Source: Octopus sinensis (taxonomy: Eukaryota). From it: a stretch of 64,000 nt of DNA. Location: NCBI RefSeq assembly GCF_006345805.1, contig NC_043000.1, forward strand, positions 134,106,001 through 134,170,000, given 5' to 3'. Position 1 is the first letter of the stretch. Each line of letters opens with the position of its first letter. Below, in pieces: positions 60,246 through 64,000 of the stretch. The notes beneath the pieces are model-generated. The model saw nothing but the letters and a program-made list of their open reading frames with translations, was not told the DNA's origin and made no database searches. A program made the translations under genes and the position numbers.

Positions 60246-63200
60246 CATCATCATCATCATTTTAATGCCCATTTTTACATGCTTTCAAAGGTTAAGACAG
60301 AATTTTGATGTGGTAGATTTTCTACAGAATCCCTTCTTGTTACCAACCATTTGTTTCCAAATGAGGTAATATTTGCCCCCGCCCTCCTGACCAGACATGT
60401 TTTCATGGAAGACTGGAAACAAAAATAACACCACTTGCACAGTGGTGACACTCACTTATAACTATTGTATGATATCAAGCAAGAAGATAGTAACACACAC
60501 ATATATGATGGATTTTTTCAGTTTTCGTCTACCAAATTCATTCATAAAGTTTTCGTTGGCCCAGGGCAATATAGTAGAAAATACTTGCCCAAGGCACCAT
60601 ACAATGGGACTGGGTCTGAAACCATATGGTTGGGAAGCAAATTCCTTACTGTACAGTGGGAAGTGCAAAGGGTTAGCAAACAAAGGACTTGACACACTCT
60701 CTAATGCTGGTGCCACAATAAATCACATCCACCACAGTCTGTAAAATGGTTAGTATTAGGAAGGTCTCCAGGCATAGAAACCATGCCAAATATAGATAGG
60801 ACAAGTAAGATAGGGTTCGCCAACCCGTCTAAGAGAGTAGTAGCTCTAAATATAAACTAGTGTGAACTGTGGAGACATTTCTCCAACCCACATCTGTATA
60901 GCAAAAAAATGAAAAAGATGGTGATGATGGTACCGGACATGGATCAGAAAATAAATTCAACAATAATTAACAATACATGTGCAAATTATGTTATTGAACT
61001 AAATAGGAAAATAATAATTTGTCAGTAGCCTTCATTTAAAAAAAAATCACTCGTAAAATGTTGGTTTGTTACATTGCTCATAGTAAAATGCCTCAAGTTA
61101 ATCACTGGTTTAACCAGGTTTCAATTTAGCACAAGACTTTTGTGTTTAGCCTTGGTTATTTTAGATTGCAGCAGAAAATAGCAATAACTACAGACAGATT
61201 TAACCAATTTTATAATAATACAGGAGGTCAGTGTCCTTTTCTCATTAGACGTTTACTGATTAAGACAGATTTAACATCACACTTTAGTCATAAGAATCTA
61301 AATATTATTTAAAATAATCTAACTTGAATACAAGGATTAAACTTAGAAAACAAGCTGCCTGGAACTTATTTGAAGCAGTCACTGGATTAATGCTACTTTA
61401 AACATCTTTTCTTTAGACTAAATTGGAAAACCAAGACATGAGGACATCAAAAAATATTTACAAAAAATAATTTGACATGCAATTAAATTTTTTTTTAACA
61501 CCATCATGAGCCAATTGACCTGCTAGAAATAGCAGGCCCAATTTCCCTAAAAACCATACCTTACAAAGCACATAAGATATTATAATTTTACATAACCCTA
61601 AAAAGACAATATGATATAGCTAGACAGACTTAGGCAATAGGTTTGCAAGATAAGGGCTTCAATGCTACAAAATATTTGATATCTAATGGTGCATAAATGC
61701 AGGGTAATATGCATATGGCTGTAGACAGTTGCATACAGAAATGCTGATCATGCCAGAACAAACAATGGAGCCAGGTGCGGCCCTTGGCCTTACCAGCTCT
61801 GGTCAAACCACCCAACCCATGCCAGCATGAAAAACAGATTTATGATGATGATGACGATATTGTGTGAATATAGTAAGATGGTACAAAAATGTAAAACAAT
61901 GATACATTGGGGGTTAATGGGAAAGTTTAATTCAAAACTGTGCCATTGCCAGACAGATGTTATTACTGAAAAGTGATTGTTTTAAGATCTTTGGGGATTT
62001 CTAAGTAATGGACAAAGTAATGGAAACCAGTTATTAATCATAATATTGCCAAAAGTGTGCAAGATTAAAAGTTTACTATATACTTAGTCATAATCATCAT
62101 TATGTACTGTATTCTGCCAGAACTTGGCAATGAGATTCTTCCACTGTAATACAGAGGAAGTGTTGTGCTTTTATGATGAAAAGGACACTATGAGTGGCAC
62201 CCTGGCTCCTCCTAACAACAAATTCTAAGAATGAGAGAGAGGTGGTAGAAGAATCAATCAGGGTACTTAGACTGGTACTTTGTTTTATCAACCCTAGGAA
62301 AATGAAAGGCAAAGTTGGCTTTGATGGGATTTGAATACAGAATATAAAGAGTTGGAACAAATACCAGCAGACATTTATTCAACGCCAAAGACCTTCTTCA
62401 CTATACTATGTGGTAGAGTCAAAAGAAAAGAAACAAAAAAAAAATTTTGTAATTAAATGAACTTGACCAAGGATCTATGAAAACTCTGGAAAATGCAAGC
62501 ACAAGTTATCCATATTGTCATAAAAACAGCAAGGTAAACACCAAAATAGTTGATCAAGACACCCAGGGACTTAGGAAAATTAAGACAGAAATAACTGTTT
62601 TGAAAAAAAATCATTATCTCTATTCTGCAAGAATTCTTCACTTGGTCATTGAGACTATTGGTATGATTTATAGGTCATGATGGTAGTGTTGATGATGATG
62701 GTAATTGTTATGAGGATACATACATTCAATGCTACAACACAAGAAAGGATAGTAAAGTGAATATTTTTGAACCATCCTATAAAGTTCAATAGATTTCCTA
62801 AGTTGTTTTTCTCTCCAAGAAAAATAGATTAATGCAAGACATTTCATGCGAAAAATAAGTAGGAGCAGCAGGTAAACTGACAAATACAGCTTGATGTTCT
62901 AACTGAATCTGAGATAGATTAAACTAGTTCTGTAGAGAATAGGTGATTGTAATCAATTTCATTCAAAGAGCCTAGACTCCAATAACTGTTTCAACACCTA
63001 CATTATTAAGATTGATTTCTTAAGCACTTTAATTTCACCTAATTATCTATTCTTGTCAACAAGTTTGACCTCTTTTTGATGGAACAAAGCATCGTAAACC
63101 CAAACTAGCATTAGTTTGATATTAGTGTTTGCAGAACTCGTTGCCTAACAAAATACAAAGGCATTAGCTTCGTTCAGTTTAATATATATAATATGAAGCA

Positions 63201-64000
63201 AAAATGTTTTTAGAATACATTCTTGTTAAAAAAAAACAACAACATAATTATCAAAATGTAGCATCATAATCCTCAATTCTAAAAGAAAGCAGATGAAAAT
63301 GCTGATGAGGAGAGATAGAGTATCTACTCAGAAATTAGGTGAAGTGAGTTCAAAATGTCATCATTAATTCAATGCTTAATGATTTAGCCACTTGAAAGAG
63401 AGTAGTGAGAAAAGTATTTTACTCATCTAATGTCTGTAAAGAGACACTAGATTGTACATCAAATCTGAAGAATATGCATCATCATTATTAATGTCCATCT
63501 GCCATGCTGATATGGGTTGGATAACATAATTAGATTCAAACAAACTGAAGAACTTTGTCTACTTTGGTATAGTTTCTATAGCTGAATGCTCTTCCTAATG
63601 CCAACCGCTTTACGAAGGATGTTTGTATGTGTTAGAATAGCTTGTTATTTGAAAGGTGGCAAGCTGGCAGAAACGTTAGTACACTGGGTGAAATGCTTAG
63701 CGGTGTTTCGTCTGCCGCTACATTCTCAGTTCAAATTCCACCGAGGTTGACTTTGCCTTTCAGAGTCGATTAAGTAAGTACCAGTTACGCACTGGGGTCG
63801 ATATAATCGACTTAATCCGTTTGTCTGTCTTTATTTGTCCCCTTTGTGTGTAGCCCCTTGCAGGCAGTAAAGAAAAAGAATAGCTTGTTATTTGAAACTT
63901 CTTTACAGAGGGGTCGAAGTGTTAGAAGATAAGTTCTTAAAATTTTGCTAAAATCAATCTAAATAACAAAACAGTAAATATTGTCTAAAGAGAAAAAAAT

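Noticed and set aside
59458-64000. Upstream RAPGEF2 exons (N-terminal cNMP-like domain) or promoter
   Set aside because: No matching peptide or convincing exon found; these probably lie beyond the window.

Overview
This is an AT-rich, repeat-rich eukaryotic window. Its SINE, RTE-LINE and MITE repertoire points to an octopus (coleoid cephalopod), which is an inference. Most of the window is one minus-strand gene, the PDZ-GEF RAPGEF2/6 ortholog. I traced 22 GT-AG exons by hand from 59457 down to 11854. They join in consistent phase into about 1086 codons encoding cNMP-binding-like, REM, PDZ, RA and CDC25-homology RasGEF domains; the 5' and 3' ends are not resolved. The introns and flanks hold a decayed mariner, a maT-like transposon relic, RTE LINE pieces, a Helitron, TTAA and TA MITEs, tRNA-derived SINEs and a 19-bp minisatellite. 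The most interesting signal is a hidden alternative-splicing layer that the ORF track does not show. It consists of frame-preserving microexon candidates of 21/3, 15 and 6 nt and a dense cluster of phase-1 cassette-exon candidates at 13.1-13.9 kb, two of which would need an A-to-G change to work. Long intronic inverted repeats could also form ADAR substrates. All of these are sequence-only predictions and need RNA-seq.
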